Of a DNA stretch of 64,000 bases, positions 63,824 to 64,000 are shown piece by piece. Origin of the DNA: Tricharina praecox (Eukaryota); NCBI RefSeq assembly GCF_024521635.1, contig NW_026250419.1, forward strand, positions 620,001 to 684,000, in the 5' to 3' direction. Each line of letters begins with the position of its first letter. The first letter of the stretch is position 1. The position numbers were made by a program, and so were the translations under genes. The notes under the pieces are model-generated. The model did no database searches, was not told where the DNA came from, and saw nothing but the letters and a program-made list of their open reading frames with translations.

Positions 63824-64000
63824 CCCCACGAGCCCGACCTCGAGCCCGATCTCAACACCGCAATCTAGTCCATGGCGATCGGGACTCGGGAAATTGAAAT
63901 ATCCCTACTCCTCCTCCTCCTCCTCCCCCTGCTCCTCCTACAAGGGATGTGCGTGCGTAGGCGGGGAGGGGAGGGGGGAAGATGTACCGCGATCTGCATG

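Overview
Eukaryotic DNA from a filamentous ascomycete (Pezizomycotina). Evidence is short spliceosomal introns with CTRAC/CTAAC branch points and fungal-type genes; the finer lineage cannot be fixed from sequence alone. The first ~39 kb is a microsatellite-rich, nearly gene-free region with only two supportable genes: a 5-exon RRM-like protein gene (8688-11348, -) and a small Cys4-motif gene (24796-25340, +). It also holds several diverged tandem duplications and a probable decayed inverted-repeat (MITE-like) element at ~17.2-17.7 kb. The 39.3-62.4 kb part is a compact run of ten genes: Myb-like protein, coiled-coil hypothetical, ACS/Dal5-type MFS transporter, Arc1-like tRNA-binding cofactor, Ecm4-like omega GST, Asi1/3-like RING ligase, DNAJC8/Spf31-like J-protein, exosome Mtr3, NmrA-like reductase and Urb1/Npa1. 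Exon models were built by hand and every multi-exon model closes in frame. Most notable observations: cryptic mitochondrial-type N-terminal extensions on two neighbouring convergent genes (a probable CUG start on the Arc1-like gene; an upstream ATG just behind a TATA box on the GST gene), two GC-AG introns required by frame, 17- and 11-nt micro-exons, and a tiny Cys4 gene alone in ~28 kb of non-coding DNA. No rRNA, tRNA, snRNA or CRISPR could be supported. All family calls are by recognition, not database search.
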